Shown here: in pieces, positions 1 to 9,883 of the stretch
Layout of the letters: every line of letters begins with the position of its first letter
Numbering within the stretch: the first letter of the stretch is position 1
From: Vulcanimicrobiota bacterium
Lineage (GTDB): Bacteria; Vulcanimicrobiota; Vulcanimicrobiia; Eremiobacterales; Eremiobacteraceae
DNA length: 64,000 nucleotides
Direction: 5' to 3'
NCBI GenBank assembly: GCA_963812135.1
Contig: CAWETU010000001.1
Coordinates: 992,001 to 1,056,000 of the forward strand
Program-made: the position numbers and the translations under genes
Notes under the pieces: model-generated
The model's input: only the letters and a program-made list of their open reading frames with translations
Databases searched by the model: none
Told to the model about the DNA's origin: nothing

Positions 1-787
1 GCGGCGCGCCCGTCACCTGCTGCGTGACGATCGATGCGCCCGCGTGGATGCCGCTCACCGGCGCGCCAAGGATCGGACCCTCGAACAAATTCCAGGCGAA
101 ATGCGCTCCCCAGGCGAGCCAGAGCGATCGCGTCCATAACACGGTCAGACACGCCCACATCCCGTCAACCGCGATGTTCGCGATCGTCATCCACGGCAGC
201 TCGCCGAAGTTCGGATTCTTCGCGTGCAGCAGCGCGAACGCCAATGACGTGAGAATCGCGGCGGGCCAGAAAGCGAATCGCCACGGGCTGAACTCTTCCC
301 ACAGATTCTGGAAGATGTAGCCGCGCAGCGGGTACTCCTCTGCGAGCGCGGCGATTAGAAAGATAGCGAACCACACGAGCACAGAGCGCACGACCAATCC
401 CGACAGCGAGACGTCGACGATACGGCTCTGCCCGGACGCGATGCCGAACGCAAAAACCGCGAGCTGCGTGCCGGCACCGAACAACGCGCCGATCGCGAGC
501 AGCCTAAGCCAGCGCGTGTGCAACGTGATGCCAAGCGATTCGACCGACCTGCGGTCCAAGTAGAGTCGCAAGACAATCGCGCTGCCGACGACCGCGATCA
601 CGCTGATCAGCTCGTCGAGCCAGACCGGCGTGTGCAAGAACATCGCGCGTGGCCCGAGCGCGAGCTCGTAGCCCATGCCGACGAGGATCGCGAGCAAGAG
701 CTGCGCCGCGAGCGCAGCGAGCACGTAGACGAGGACGCGCAGCCATGGCCGGAGCCTGCCATCTTTGAGGAAGATGCGTGCGAGCAT
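1..787 (-). CDS. CPBP (Abi/CAAX) family intramembrane glutamic endopeptidase, runs off window start
   Basis: Not in the ORF track. Manual minus-strand translation from ATG at 787 (MLARIFLKDGRLRPWLR...) gives EEYPLRG, FALLH and HFAWN motifs in a hydrophobic protein. Confidence 0.85.
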   Translation of the reverse strand, partial: MLARIFLKDGRLRPWLRVLVYVLAALAAQLLLAILVGMGYELALGPRAMFLHTPVWLDELISVIAVVGSAIVLRLYLDRRSVESLGITLHTRWLRLLAIGALFGAGTQLAVFAFGIASGQSRIVDVSLSGLVVRSVLVWFAIFLIAALAEEYPLRGYIFQNLWEEFSPWRFAFWPAAILTSLAFALLHAKNPNFGELPWMTIANIAVDGMWACLTVLWTRSLWLAWGAHFAWNLFEGPILGAPVSGIHAGASIVTQQVTGAP

Positions 788-847
788 GCGCCGTGGCGTT
801 TGGGCGATGCCGGAGGTCGCGCCTGCTGGGCCTTGAACCCATCGCTC

Positions 848-2086
848 ATGCGGGCCGACGTTTCGAAGACCGAACTCAATCTGTGGACCGCGTTCATGGA
901 CGAGGCGAAGACGCATCGCCTCTACAGCGCGTACGCTTTGAAAGCGATGAGCGAAGGCTATCCGCAGGTCGCCGAGGCGTTCATGCAAGCGGCCGGCGAT
1001 GAGATCGTCCACGCCCTCTTGCATCTGCGCGCGCTCGGCGCGGTCAAGAGCACGGTCGAGAACCTGCGCCAAGTCGTGCAGCACGAGGCAGCTGAGACCG
1101 AGACGACCTATCCTAGGTACATCGCCGACGCGCGCGCCGAAGGCCGCGCGGATGCGCTTGAGGGGTTTGAGGTCGCGATGGCGCGCGAACGCGCGCATGT
1201 GAAGCTTTTTGAAGATGCGCTGCGGCTGGTGGAAGGCCAGATCGACGGTCGAATAAATTCGACCGCTACGTCATCGGAAGACGGTCGAGTGAACTCGACC
1301 GCTACAGCGGCCGATTGGGCGCCCTTCGGCCGCGTGGCGCGCGGCGTCGAGAAGATGAGTGGCCCCGCGGAGGTCACCGAGGAGCGAGCGCGCGTCGCAT
1401 CGCGCACGCGTATCCGCGAGTTCGTGTTCGGCGCGCAAGACGGCTTGCTGACGACGGTGAGCGTCGTGTCGGCGTTTTTCGGTGCGCACGAACCGAACAC
1501 GACGATCTTACTGGCAGGTGTGGCGACGGGCGTCGCCGGCATGGTGGCGATGACCGCCGGGCAATATCTGTCATCCAAAGCCGAATCAGAAGTGCATCGC
1601 TCGGAGATCGACCGCGAGATGCGTGAGATCCTCGAAAACCCGGCCGAGGAGCTCGCGGAGCTCGCCGAGATCTATCGGCTGCAGGGCATGGCGCCCGAGC
1701 AAGCGCGCGACGCCGCGCTGGCTGTGGCGAAGGATCCGCAAAAGGCGCTCGAGGTGATGGCGCGTTCCGAGCTCGGCCTTGACACCGAGTCGGCCGGCAG
1801 TCCGCTCAAAGACGCGGCCGTGATGGCGCCCTCGTTCATGTTGGGCGCGATCGCTCCGATCGTGCCCTACGTCTTCACCAACGGCAACCTCGCGCTTTGG
1901 CTTTCCATATTATTGGCGTGTATCGCGCTGTTCGGGATCGGCATCGTGAAGGCGCGCGTCACCGGCGGCAATCCATGGCGATCGGGTCTCGAGCAGTTCT
2001 TGATCGGTGCGGGCGCGGGCGTCATCGGCTACATCGTCGGCACCCTGTTGCCCAGTCTGTTCGGCGTGAAGTTCGTCGGCGGTTAA
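848..2086 (+). CDS. Rubrerythrin-like (ferritin fold) domain fused to VIT1/CCC1 Fe/Mn transporter
   Basis: N-term KTELNLWTAFMDEA...DEIVHA...ERAH diiron motifs; C-term IREFVFGAQDGLLT and MTAGQYLS VIT1 motifs. Start moved to ATG 848 because upstream sequence is antisense to the CPBP gene. Confidence 0.85.
   Translation: MRADVSKTELNLWTAFMDEAKTHRLYSAYALKAMSEGYPQVAEAFMQAAGDEIVHALLHLRALGAVKSTVENLRQVVQHEAAETETTYPRYIADARAEGRADALEGFEVAMARERAHVKLFEDALRLVEGQIDGRINSTATSSEDGRVNSTATAADWAPFGRVARGVEKMSGPAEVTEERARVASRTRIREFVFGAQDGLLTTVSVVSAFFGAHEPNTTILLAGVATGVAGMVAMTAGQYLSSKAESEVHRSEIDREMREILENPAEELAELAEIYRLQGMAPEQARDAALAVAKDPQKALEVMARSELGLDTESAGSPLKDAAVMAPSFMLGAIAPIVPYVFTNGNLALWLSILLACIALFGIGIVKARVTGGNPWRSGLEQFLIGAGAGVIGYIVGTLLPSLFGVKFVGG
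1246..1305 (-). repeat. Two tandem GTAG-type REP palindromes inside a coding linker
   Basis: cggtcgaataaattcgaccgctac (1246-1269) and cggtcgagtgaactcgaccgctac (1282-1305); same element recurs elsewhere in the window. Confidence 0.8.
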
Positions 2087-2505
2087 GGCCGGTCGTCCAC
2101 CCACACCGCGCCCTCGGGCGTGTGTTCTTTTTTCCAGATCGGGGCGATGCGCTTCAAACGGTCGATGGCGTAGCGGCACGCGTCGAACGCGGCGGCGCGA
2201 TGCGGCGCCGACACCGCGATGACGACGCTGACGTCGCCGACCTCGAGCGCGCCCACGCGGTGATGGATCGCCACGTCGGTGATCGGGAATTGTTTGCGCG
2301 CTTCGGCGGCGATGTCCGCGAAGACGCGCTCGACCATCTCCGGATAGGCCTCGTATTCCAGCAGCGTCACCTTGTGGCCGCGCGCCTCATCGCGCACGCG
2401 ACCGACGAACGTCACGATGCCGCCCGCGCCATCCTGTTCGATGATCTGTGCCGCCAAGTTCTCGTCGAGCGGTTCATTGGTGAGGACGAAATGACGGGTG
2501 CTCAT
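2083..2505 (-). CDS. moaE: Molybdopterin synthase catalytic subunit
   Basis: GGIVTFVGRVR, LEYEAYPEM, SAPHR and PIWKKE motifs; ATG at 2505 overlaps the moaD stop. Confidence 0.92.
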   Translation of the reverse strand: MSTRHFVLTNEPLDENLAAQIIEQDGAGGIVTFVGRVRDEARGHKVTLLEYEAYPEMVERVFADIAAEARKQFPITDVAIHHRVGALEVGDVSVVIAVSAPHRAAAFDACRYAIDRLKRIAPIWKKEHTPEGAVWVDDRP

Positions 2506-2747
2506 CCGCCGGCCACCGGGGGCAGCAGCGCCAGTTCGTCGCCGTCGCGCAGCGGCGTTTCGGGCGACGCATGCTCGCGATTCACCGCGAATGCCGTCGA
2601 CCCGATCGACGAGCGCAGCGCCGGGTGTGCGTCCGCGAGCAGGACAAGGGCGGAACCTGCGGTGCTGGGATCGGGCACGTCCGCCTGCAGCGACGACGTG
2701 CCGAGTAGTTCCCGCTGGGACGCGAAAAGCCGCACGGTGATGCGCAT
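2502..2747 (-). CDS. moaD: Molybdopterin synthase sulfur carrier subunit
   Basis: VRLFA start, C-terminal LLPPVAGG. Confidence 0.92.
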   Translation of the reverse strand: MRITVRLFASQRELLGTSSLQADVPDPSTAGSALVLLADAHPALRSSIGSTAFAVNREHASPETPLRDGDELALLPPVAGG

Positions 2748-2870
2748 GCGCGTTTGAGTACGGCGTGCACGTGCGTTCTCCCCGGGTATAGGGACTAGGA
2801 GTTATCGTAGTCCCCGAGCGAAGCTCGGGTGTCTGCTCGAGCGCACGCTCGAGCCACTGGAGGAAGCTAC

Positions 2871-3485
2871 ATGCCATTCACTGTGCCGGATCTTCCCTAC
2901 GCGTATGATGCGCTCGAGCCGACCATCGACAAAGAGACGATGACGCTGCATCACGACAAGCATCACGCCGCCTACGTCAACAACCTCAACGCGGCGATCG
3001 AGAAGCATCCCGAGCTTGGGAGCAAATCGGCCGAAGAATTGATCAAGAATCTCAACGCGGTGCCCGACGACATCCGCGCCGCGGTGCGCAACAACGGCGG
3101 CGGCCACGTGAATCACTCGATGTTCTGGACGATCATGGGACCCAACGCCGGCGGCGCTCCTTCGGGCGCACTCGCCGACGCCATCAAGAGCACGTTCGGC
3201 GACCTCGAGACGTTCAAGACCCAGTTCAACGACGCGGGCGTCAAGCAATTCGGCAGCGGCTGGGCGTGGCTGGTGTTGACCGCCGACGGCAAGCTGCAGA
3301 TCACCAGCACGGCGAACCAAGACAACCCTATGTCCGCTGGTCAGTATCCCGTCATGGGCAACGACGTCTGGGAGCACGCGTACTACCTGAAGTATCAGAA
3401 CCGCCGTCCGGACTATCTCAAGGCGTGGTGGAACGTCGTGAATTGGGATGCCGTGACCAAGCGCTTCGCAGCTGGTAAGAAGTAG
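2871..3485 (+). CDS. sodA: Fe/Mn superoxide dismutase (Mn-type features)
   Basis: [25 protein letters not shown] and [16 protein letters not shown] before ATG 2871. Confidence 0.95.
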   Translation: MPFTVPDLPYAYDALEPTIDKETMTLHHDKHHAAYVNNLNAAIEKHPELGSKSAEELIKNLNAVPDDIRAAVRNNGGGHVNHSMFWTIMGPNAGGAPSGALADAIKSTFGDLETFKTQFNDAGVKQFGSGWAWLVLTADGKLQITSTANQDNPMSAGQYPVMGNDVWEHAYYLKYQNRRPDYLKAWWNVVNWDAVTKRFAAGKK

Positions 3486-3492
3486 GCGGCGC

Positions 3493-4260
3493 GTGGGGCT
3501 GCTGTCCGGCAAGACCGCGTTGGTCATGGGCGTCGCGAACCGCTGGAGCATTGCGACGTCCATCGCCAAAGCGCTGCACGCGCACGGCGCGCGACTTGTG
3601 CTCACGTATGAAGGCGAGCGCACCAAGGACGAAGTGGAGAAGCTGGCGCGCGAGCTGGGCGACGGGCTTGCGCTCAAGTGCGACGTATCCGACGACGACA
3701 GTCTGTCGGCCATGCGCGCCGTCGTCGAATCGGAGTACAAGCAGCTCGACGCCGTCGTGCACAGCATCGCGTTCGCACGCAAGGAGGAGCTCGCCGGCAA
3801 GTACCATGCGACGTCGCGCTCGGGCTTCAACCTGGCGCTCGACATCAGCGCGTACTCGCTCGTCGCGCTGTGCCGCGAGCTGTCGCCGATCGTGCCGGCC
3901 GGCGGTTCGTTCATGGCGATGACGTACCTGGGTTCGGTGCGAGCCGTGCAGAGCTACAACGTCATGGGCGTCGCGAAGGCGGCGCTCGAAGCGTCGGTGC
4001 GCTATCTCGCCGTCGATCTCGGCGAGAACGGCATCCGCGTCAACGCTATCTCCGCCGGCCCCATCAAGACCGCATCGGCGCGCGCCGTGAGCGGTTTCAC
4101 GAGCATCCTGGGCGAGGTCGCGCAGCGCTCGCCGCTCAAACGCAACGTGTCGGCGGACGACGTCGGCAACGTGGCGGTGTTCCTGTCAAGCGATTTATCG
4201 AGCGCGGTCACGGGCCAAGTCCTCTATGTCGACGCCGGCTACAGCATCGTCGGAGTGTGA
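3493..4260 (+). CDS. fabI: Enoyl-ACP reductase
   Basis: GVANRWSIA, YNVMGVAKAALE and NAISAGPIKT. Confidence 0.95.
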   Translation: MGLLSGKTALVMGVANRWSIATSIAKALHAHGARLVLTYEGERTKDEVEKLARELGDGLALKCDVSDDDSLSAMRAVVESEYKQLDAVVHSIAFARKEELAGKYHATSRSGFNLALDISAYSLVALCRELSPIVPAGGSFMAMTYLGSVRAVQSYNVMGVAKAALEASVRYLAVDLGENGIRVNAISAGPIKTASARAVSGFTSILGEVAQRSPLKRNVSADDVGNVAVFLSSDLSSAVTGQVLYVDAGYSIVGV

Positions 4261-4302
4261 CGGTCGAATGAAATTCGACGGCTGAATAAATTCAGCCGCT
4301 AC
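4261..4302 (-). repeat. GTAG-type REP plus a truncated second copy
   Basis: cggtcgaatgaaattcgac followed by cggctgaataaattcagccgctac, directly after the fabI stop. Confidence 0.8.
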
Positions 4303-4362
4303 AGAGGTGACATCGGCTGCGATGGACAACGTGACGTGTCCGCAGGAGGGGAGTGATCGCTG

Positions 4363-4572
4363 ATGGGCCTCACGTGGCAGGATGTCGAAGATATCGGATT
4401 TGAGCTTGCTCAAGCACATCCGGACGAGGATCCCGGTCAGGTTCCCATGCCCGAATTGCTGCAATTGGTCACCGACCTCGACGACTTCGAGGATGACCCC
4501 GAACGCGTCGATGAGAGCACGCTGGCGCGCATCGCGGCCGCCTGGCGCGAGGAGTTCGCGCAGAAGGCCTAG
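4363..4572 (+). CDS. iscX: Fe-S cluster assembly protein IscX (YfhJ) family
   Basis: MGLTW.D..DIG..L...HPD.DP...L.DF.DDP...LA.I..AW pattern; 69 aa acidic protein. Confidence 0.8.
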   Translation: MGLTWQDVEDIGFELAQAHPDEDPGQVPMPELLQLVTDLDDFEDDPERVDESTLARIAAAWREEFAQKA

Positions 4573-4575
4573 CCG

Positions 4576-5250
4576 ATGACCCGCATCGGGCTTTTCCCGC
4601 TGCGCACGGTGCTGTTGCCGGGCGCCTCACTCCAACTGCACATCTTCGAAGACCGATACAAAGAGATGATCGGCGGCTGCATCGAATCCGGCGAGCCGTT
4701 CGGCGTCGTGCTGGACCGCAACGCGAACGAGACCGGCGACGATCTCAATCCGGTGGATATCGGCACGACCGCCCACATCGCCGAGGTGACGCGCCTGCCG
4801 GCGGGCCGGATGCTCATCGGGACGCGCGGCGAACGCCGCTTCCGCGTGGAGCGCGTCGTGCAAAAGAAACCTTTTTGGGCCGCCGAGGTATCGTACTTAG
4901 GCGAGCCCGTCGGTCGCGGCGCCGCCGCGACCCTGCAAGCCATCGCAGCCGAGCGATTCACCGACTACCTGCAAGCGTTGCTCGCGCTCTTCGGCCGCGA
5001 ACTCGGCAGCGTGCGCATGCCGGAGGACGTCACCGCGTCATCGTACTTGATCGCCGACGCGCTCCAGATCGAGGGCGCAGTCAAACAGTCGCTGCTCGAA
5101 GCGGAGACCGCCATCGAGCGGTTGCGCGCGGAGATGACGCTGCTCGACAGCGAGACGCAGCGCTTGCGCGCGCTGGCGGCATCTGGCGTGCGCGCGGTCG
5201 ACCCCGAGGTGGATCAGACGCCCTTCAACGTCCGCTTCTCAGCCAACTAA
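4576..5250 (+). CDS. LON peptidase substrate-binding domain protein
   Basis: LFPL..VLLPG..L.LHIFEDRY motif. Confidence 0.9.
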   Translation: MTRIGLFPLRTVLLPGASLQLHIFEDRYKEMIGGCIESGEPFGVVLDRNANETGDDLNPVDIGTTAHIAEVTRLPAGRMLIGTRGERRFRVERVVQKKPFWAAEVSYLGEPVGRGAAATLQAIAAERFTDYLQALLALFGRELGSVRMPEDVTASSYLIADALQIEGAVKQSLLEAETAIERLRAEMTLLDSETQRLRALAASGVRAVDPEVDQTPFNVRFSAN

Positions 5251-5261
5251 GAACGGAGCCC

Positions 5262-5846
5262 ATGGCAGACCCGACGATCGTCCGGCTCCGCGAGCGGCTT
5301 GCCGCGCGCGCTTCGACCCGACTCAACGAGCCGGGCACGCGCCGCGCCGCGGTGCTCGTGCCGCTCGTCGGCTCCGGCGACGATCTGTCGCTGCTCTGCT
5401 TCGAACGCACGCATGAGGTCATGGAGCACAAAGGCGAGATCTGTTTTCCTGGCGGATCGGTCGAGCCGTTCGATGCCGACGCGGCCGGCGCCGCGCTACG
5501 CGAAGCGCACGAGGAGCTCGGCGTGCCGCGCGAACTGGTCGAGGTCCTCGGATCGCTCGACGACGTGCACACCTCGGTGTCCAATTTCATCATCACGCCG
5601 GTCGTCGGCCATCTCGATTCGATGCCGCGGCTCGTGCTCGATCAGCTCGAAGTAGCCCGGCCGGTGATCGTGACCGTGCGCGAGCTTCTCAAACCCGGCG
5701 TGGCCGGCGTCGAGTGGCGCGCGTGGCGCGGCTCGCAGCGCAAGATCTACTACTATGCAGTCGCCGGCGGGCGGATTTGGGGCGCGACCGGCCGGATTTT
5801 ACACAACCTGCTGGCCCTATGGTCGGAAGAAACGGTGATCTCATGA
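5262..5846 (+). CDS. Nudix CoA pyrophosphatase family
   Basis: [26 protein letters not shown] and IWGATG. Confidence 0.9.
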   Translation: MADPTIVRLRERLAARASTRLNEPGTRRAAVLVPLVGSGDDLSLLCFERTHEVMEHKGEICFPGGSVEPFDADAAGAALREAHEELGVPRELVEVLGSLDDVHTSVSNFIITPVVGHLDSMPRLVLDQLEVARPVIVTVRELLKPGVAGVEWRAWRGSQRKIYYYAVAGGRIWGATGRILHNLLALWSEETVIS

Positions 5847-7846
5847 GCGCCCTCAAGATGTGCGAGCGTTGCGGCAAGCAGCCGGCGACGGGCGCGACCC
5901 CCACGTTCAAAGACGGCCGCATCGGCGTGACCAGTTTGTGCGACCAGTGCATGGCGCTGCAAGCCAAGGGCAACATGCAATGGATGGGCGGCGCTGCGCT
6001 GGCCGCGCTGGCGCTCGGCGTCGGCGCCGCGCTCATCGGCGACCAGATGGCGCGCGCGAAACGCGATGAGATGGGCGGACCCGTCGCCGGCGTTCCGCCC
6101 GCGGCGCCGCGCCCCGCCGGCTTCCCGGGCACTGGCCGCACGCCGACGCTCAACTCGTTCTCGCGCGACCTCAGCCGCCAAGCGCTGGAAGGGCGTCTCG
6201 ATCCGGTCGTGGGCCGCGATGCCGAGATCGACCGCATCGTGCGCATCCTCGCGCGGCGCACCAAGAACAATCCCGTGCTCATCGGCGACGCGGGTGTGGG
6301 CAAGACCGCGATCGTCGAGGGTTTGGCGCAGCGCATCGTGCGCGGCGAAGTGCCGCGCGTGCTCGCCGGTAAGCGGATCCTCGCGCTGACGCTCGCCGGC
6401 GTGGTCGCCGGCACGAAATATCGAGGCGAGTTCGAGGCGCGACTGCATCGCATGCTCGACGAGCTGTCGCGCGCAAACGACGTCATCGTCTTCATCGACG
6501 AGCTGCACACGATCGTCGGCGCCGGCAGCGCCGAAGGCTCGACGGTCGACGCTGCCAATATGCTCAAGCCCGCGCTCGCGCGCGGCGAGATCCGCTGCAT
6601 CGGCGCGACGACGTTCGACGAATACCGCCGCTACATCGAGAGCGACGAAGCGCTCGAGCGCCGGTTCGCGCCGGTCGTCATCGACGAACCATCGCCGGAG
6701 AACGCGCTGCTGATGCTACGCGCCAGCCGCTCGCGGTACGAGCGCCACCATGGCGTGCAGATCGCCGAACCGACGCTTGCGGCCGCCGTGCACCTGGCCG
6801 CGCGTTACATCAGCGACCGCAACCTGCCCGACAAAGCCTTTGACGTGCTCGACGAAGCGGCCGCGCTCGTGTCGCTGCGCGGCGGCACAGAGGTGCGCGC
6901 GGAAGACGTGGCGCGGGTCGTCTCCGGCTGGACCGGAATTCCGGTGGAGACCGTCGCGAGCGTCGAGGCGACGCGTCTGCTCAATTTCGAGTCGCTGCTG
7001 CGCGAGCGGGTCGTCGGCCAGGACGAGGCCGTGCGCGCGGTCGCCGAGAGCGTACGGCGCGGAAGGGCCGGGATGAAAGAACATCGCGGTCCGATGGGCG
7101 CGCTGTTGTTCATCGGTCCGAGCGGCGTCGGCAAAACGGAACTCGCACGCGCATCTGCCGCCGCGCTGTTCGGCAGCGACGACGCGCTGCTGCGTTTCGA
7201 CATGTCCGAGTTTTCACAAGCCCAGTCGGCCACGCGGCTCGTCGGCGCGCCGCGCGGTTACGCCGGACACGAGCGCGCCGGCGAACTGACCGAGGCCGTC
7301 CGCCGGCGTCCGTACAGCGTCGTGCTGTTCGACGACATCGATCGCGCACACCCCGAGGTGCTCGACTTGCTCTTGCAGCTGCTCGACGACGGCCGCCTCA
7401 CCGATGCAAATTCGCGCGCCGTCGATTTCCGCAACTCGCTCGTGATCCTGACCGCGAACGCGCCGTCCGGCAGCGACTTCTCGCACTTGGGCGCTCGGTT
7501 CTCGCACGAGCTCGTCAACCGGCTCGACGACGCAGTGATGTTCCACCAGCTCGGGCGCGAGGACATCCGCGCCATCGCCGTTCGCCACGTGAAGAACGTC
7601 GCCGCGGCGGCGGCGGAGCAGGGCATCACGCTCATCGTGTCAGATGGAGCCCTCGACGCGATTGCCGCTGAGGCGGACGATCAGCGGCAAGGCGCTCGCC
7701 TCGTCCGGCGTGTCATCGAGCGCCGTTTGGGCGCGCCGCTCGCCAAGGCGGTGCTCGCCGGCACGTTCGCGCGCGGGCAGAGCGTGCGCGTCGACGTCGC
7801 CTCGCGCGGAGAATTGGAGCTGCACTTATGCGATTCGTCGTCCTGA
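5843..7846 (+). CDS. Clp/Hsp100 AAA+ ATPase with N-terminal CxxC-CxxC (ClpE-like), atypical
   Basis: LDPVVGR, RRTKNNP, GVGKT (x2), FIDELH and [14 protein letters not shown] 5843 overlaps the upstream stop. Confidence 0.88.
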   Translation: MSALKMCERCGKQPATGATPTFKDGRIGVTSLCDQCMALQAKGNMQWMGGAALAALALGVGAALIGDQMARAKRDEMGGPVAGVPPAAPRPAGFPGTGRTPTLNSFSRDLSRQALEGRLDPVVGRDAEIDRIVRILARRTKNNPVLIGDAGVGKTAIVEGLAQRIVRGEVPRVLAGKRILALTLAGVVAGTKYRGEFEARLHRMLDELSRANDVIVFIDELHTIVGAGSAEGSTVDAANMLKPALARGEIRCIGATTFDEYRRYIESDEALERRFAPVVIDEPSPENALLMLRASRSRYERHHGVQIAEPTLAAAVHLAARYISDRNLPDKAFDVLDEAAALVSLRGGTEVRAEDVARVVSGWTGIPVETVASVEATRLLNFESLLRERVVGQDEAVRAVAESVRRGRAGMKEHRGPMGALLFIGPSGVGKTELARASAAALFGSDDALLRFDMSEFSQAQSATRLVGAPRGYAGHERAGELTEAVRRRPYSVVLFDDIDRAHPEVLDLLLQLLDDGRLTDANSRAVDFRNSLVILTANAPSGSDFSHLGARFSHELVNRLDDAVMFHQLGREDIRAIAVRHVKNVAAAAAEQGITLIVSDGALDAIAAEADDQRQGARLVRRVIERRLGAPLAKAVLAGTFARGQSVRVDVASRGELELHLCDSSS

Positions 7847-8097
7847 TCGACTACACAGATATGGACGCGCGCAACCGCGCCCTCGAGGCGCATCGCGCGT
7901 TTCTCGCGGCTGGTCGCGACGCCGGCACGGTCGTCGAGTCCGGTGCCTTCGCGGACGGCAAGGGCGGCATGTACGTGATCGAATCGCCCGACGAAGCCGC
8001 CGCGCGCGCATTCGTGGCGAGCGATCCATACAAGACCGACGCGAAACTCGCGATGACGATCCGCCAATGGCAGAGCGTGCGAGCAGACAAGAAATAG
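7828..8097 (+). CDS. YciI family protein
   Basis: R..H..FL, SG.F, GG..V and DPY motifs; 89 aa. Confidence 0.8.
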   Translation: MRFVVLIDYTDMDARNRALEAHRAFLAAGRDAGTVVESGAFADGKGGMYVIESPDEAAARAFVASDPYKTDAKLAMTIRQWQSVRADKK

Positions 8098-8871
8098 GTG
8101 GCCGTTCCCTTCGACGCGGTCAAAGAGATGACCGATTCGCTCACCAAAGTCTTTGAACGCCGGAATTGGCTGCTGGGCGCCCCGGTTCTCGCGGGCATCT
8201 TCATCATGTATGTCGTGATCATCGTCGTGGGATTGATCGTGATCGGCCCGCAATGGTTCAAGATCATCGCCAGCGGCGGGTCGCAGACGCCTGATGTCAC
8301 GCCCGCCTTTGCCGTAAGCTTCGCGATCGGGATGACGGTGCTCGTGCTGTTCGTGCTCGCCGTGAACATGTTCACGTATGCCTGGACGCTGGGGGCGGCG
8401 GTCGGCGTGTGGCAAGGGCACGATCCGGCCTTCGATCGTGGCTTCAACCTCGCGGCCGTGAAACTCGTGCGGTTGGTCGCCTATCAGATCCTCATCGGCC
8501 TGCTCGCGATCGTCTCGATCATCACGATCGTAGGTCCGATCATCATCGGCGTGTTGTCGATCTATGGTCCGGCGTATATCGTGCTTGGCAACAGATCCGC
8601 GACCGCCGCGATCGGCGATTCATTTCGTCTTGCGAGCGAGAACATCGGCCCTACGGTCGTCCTGGTGCTGGGCTTCGTGGTGGCGGTCGTCGCTGCCATC
8701 ATCCCCGTGACGATCCTCGGACTCATTCCGGGCGTCGGCCTGGTCGTCCAGCTCGCGTTCCAATGGCTTTTCGCGGCATGGGTGGCGGTCGCCGTCGTGC
8801 GCTTCTACGAGCTGCTCACGATCACGACCGGGGAACCGCCCTTCGCGCTCGTCCCCGAGACGCGAGCCTAG
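8098..8871 (+). CDS. Multi-pass membrane protein of unknown function (paralog of 11567-12340)
   Basis: About 6 hydrophobic segments; N-terminus similar to the gene at 11567. Confidence 0.7.
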   Translation: MAVPFDAVKEMTDSLTKVFERRNWLLGAPVLAGIFIMYVVIIVVGLIVIGPQWFKIIASGGSQTPDVTPAFAVSFAIGMTVLVLFVLAVNMFTYAWTLGAAVGVWQGHDPAFDRGFNLAAVKLVRLVAYQILIGLLAIVSIITIVGPIIIGVLSIYGPAYIVLGNRSATAAIGDSFRLASENIGPTVVLVLGFVVAVVAAIIPVTILGLIPGVGLVVQLAFQWLFAAWVAVAVVRFYELLTITTGEPPFALVPETRA

Positions 8872-9773
8872 GCCGAGTAGTTCTTCAACATCTCGTGGAT
8901 GCGCGTGGTGATGGCGAGCGAGTCATCCCACTTGCGCTGCCACAGGTTGCGGCCGAAGATGAGGCCCGTGACGCCGGCATCCATCGCGAGCCGCGCCTTG
9001 TGCAGCAGATCCTCATCGCTCACCTTGCTGCCGCCCGAGATCAGCACGAGCGTCTTGCCGGCGGATCGCACGACCTTCGCGATGGCTTCCTCTTCCGATA
9101 GATTGAGCGTGTTGTACGGTTTGGGCTGCTTCTCGAGATTCTCGCCGATCTTCGGCACGTTGAGCTTCACCACGTCGGCCCCGAGCTCGCAGGCGAGCCG
9201 CGCCGCATAGTCCACCGCATACAACGTATCTTGTCCGCCCTTTTCCTTGATCGCCTTGCCGCGCGGATACGACCACACGACGAGCGGCATGCCGTGGCGC
9301 TCGCAGGAGCTGCGGACCATATCGAGCTGCGCGATGTCGTCGTCCTGGCGCGGGCTGCCCACGTAGAGCGTGTAGCCGACGGCGTCGGCTCCGAGGCGCA
9401 CTGCGTCCTCGACGCTCGAGGTCATCGGAGAGAAGGGCTCGTCGTCGGACGGGACGTTCGTCTTGCCGTTGATCTTGAGCAACAGCGGTATTTTGCCGGC
9501 GTACGGCTGGAAATATTTCTCGGCCAGACCGATGTGGCACGCGACGCCGGAGTATTTGCCCTCGATCGCCAGCCGGAAGATGTAGTCCATGTCGATGCTG
9601 TCCGGATTGTCGAAGAAATCGACCGGGCCGTGCTCGATGCCCTGATCGATGGGCAAGAACAGCAGCGTGCCGTTCGCGGGGCCGTATTCGTAGAGCATGC
9701 GATACAGCCGGGCGCGCTTGCCCGCCGGCAGCGCGAGATCATCGATCGTCGGACGACGGACCTTGGTCAACAT
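8868..9773 (-). CDS. Class I fructose-bisphosphate aldolase (DhnA/FbaB type)
   Basis: LPIDQGIEHGP, LGADAVG, WSYPRG, ELGADVVK and FGRN. Confidence 0.9.
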   Translation of the reverse strand: MLTKVRRPTIDDLALPAGKRARLYRMLYEYGPANGTLLFLPIDQGIEHGPVDFFDNPDSIDMDYIFRLAIEGKYSGVACHIGLAEKYFQPYAGKIPLLLKINGKTNVPSDDEPFSPMTSSVEDAVRLGADAVGYTLYVGSPRQDDDIAQLDMVRSSCERHGMPLVVWSYPRGKAIKEKGGQDTLYAVDYAARLACELGADVVKLNVPKIGENLEKQPKPYNTLNLSEEEAIAKVVRSAGKTLVLISGGSKVSDEDLLHKARLAMDAGVTGLIFGRNLWQRKWDDSLAITTRIHEMLKNYSA

Positions 9774-9801
9774 CGAAGAGCCTCCAAGCGTATGGATTTG
9801 C

Positions 9802-9825
9802 CGGTCGGATAAATTCGACCGCTAC
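9802..9825 (-). repeat. GTAG-type REP
   Basis: cggtcggataaattcgaccgctac between divergent genes. Confidence 0.75.
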
Positions 9826-9883
9826 CGGCGTCTGCCTGCGTCTTGCAAGAAGAATGCGGCACCACGCGTCTAAGCTACGCAGC

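Noticed and set aside
518..847. N-terminal 110 aa of ORF 518..2086
   Set aside because: It is the antisense of the CPBP gene; recognisable homology starts at about 848.
1246..1305. Tandem palindromic repeats as a mini-CRISPR
   Set aside because: Only two units, a 12-nt spacer, dispersed copies elsewhere and no cas genes.
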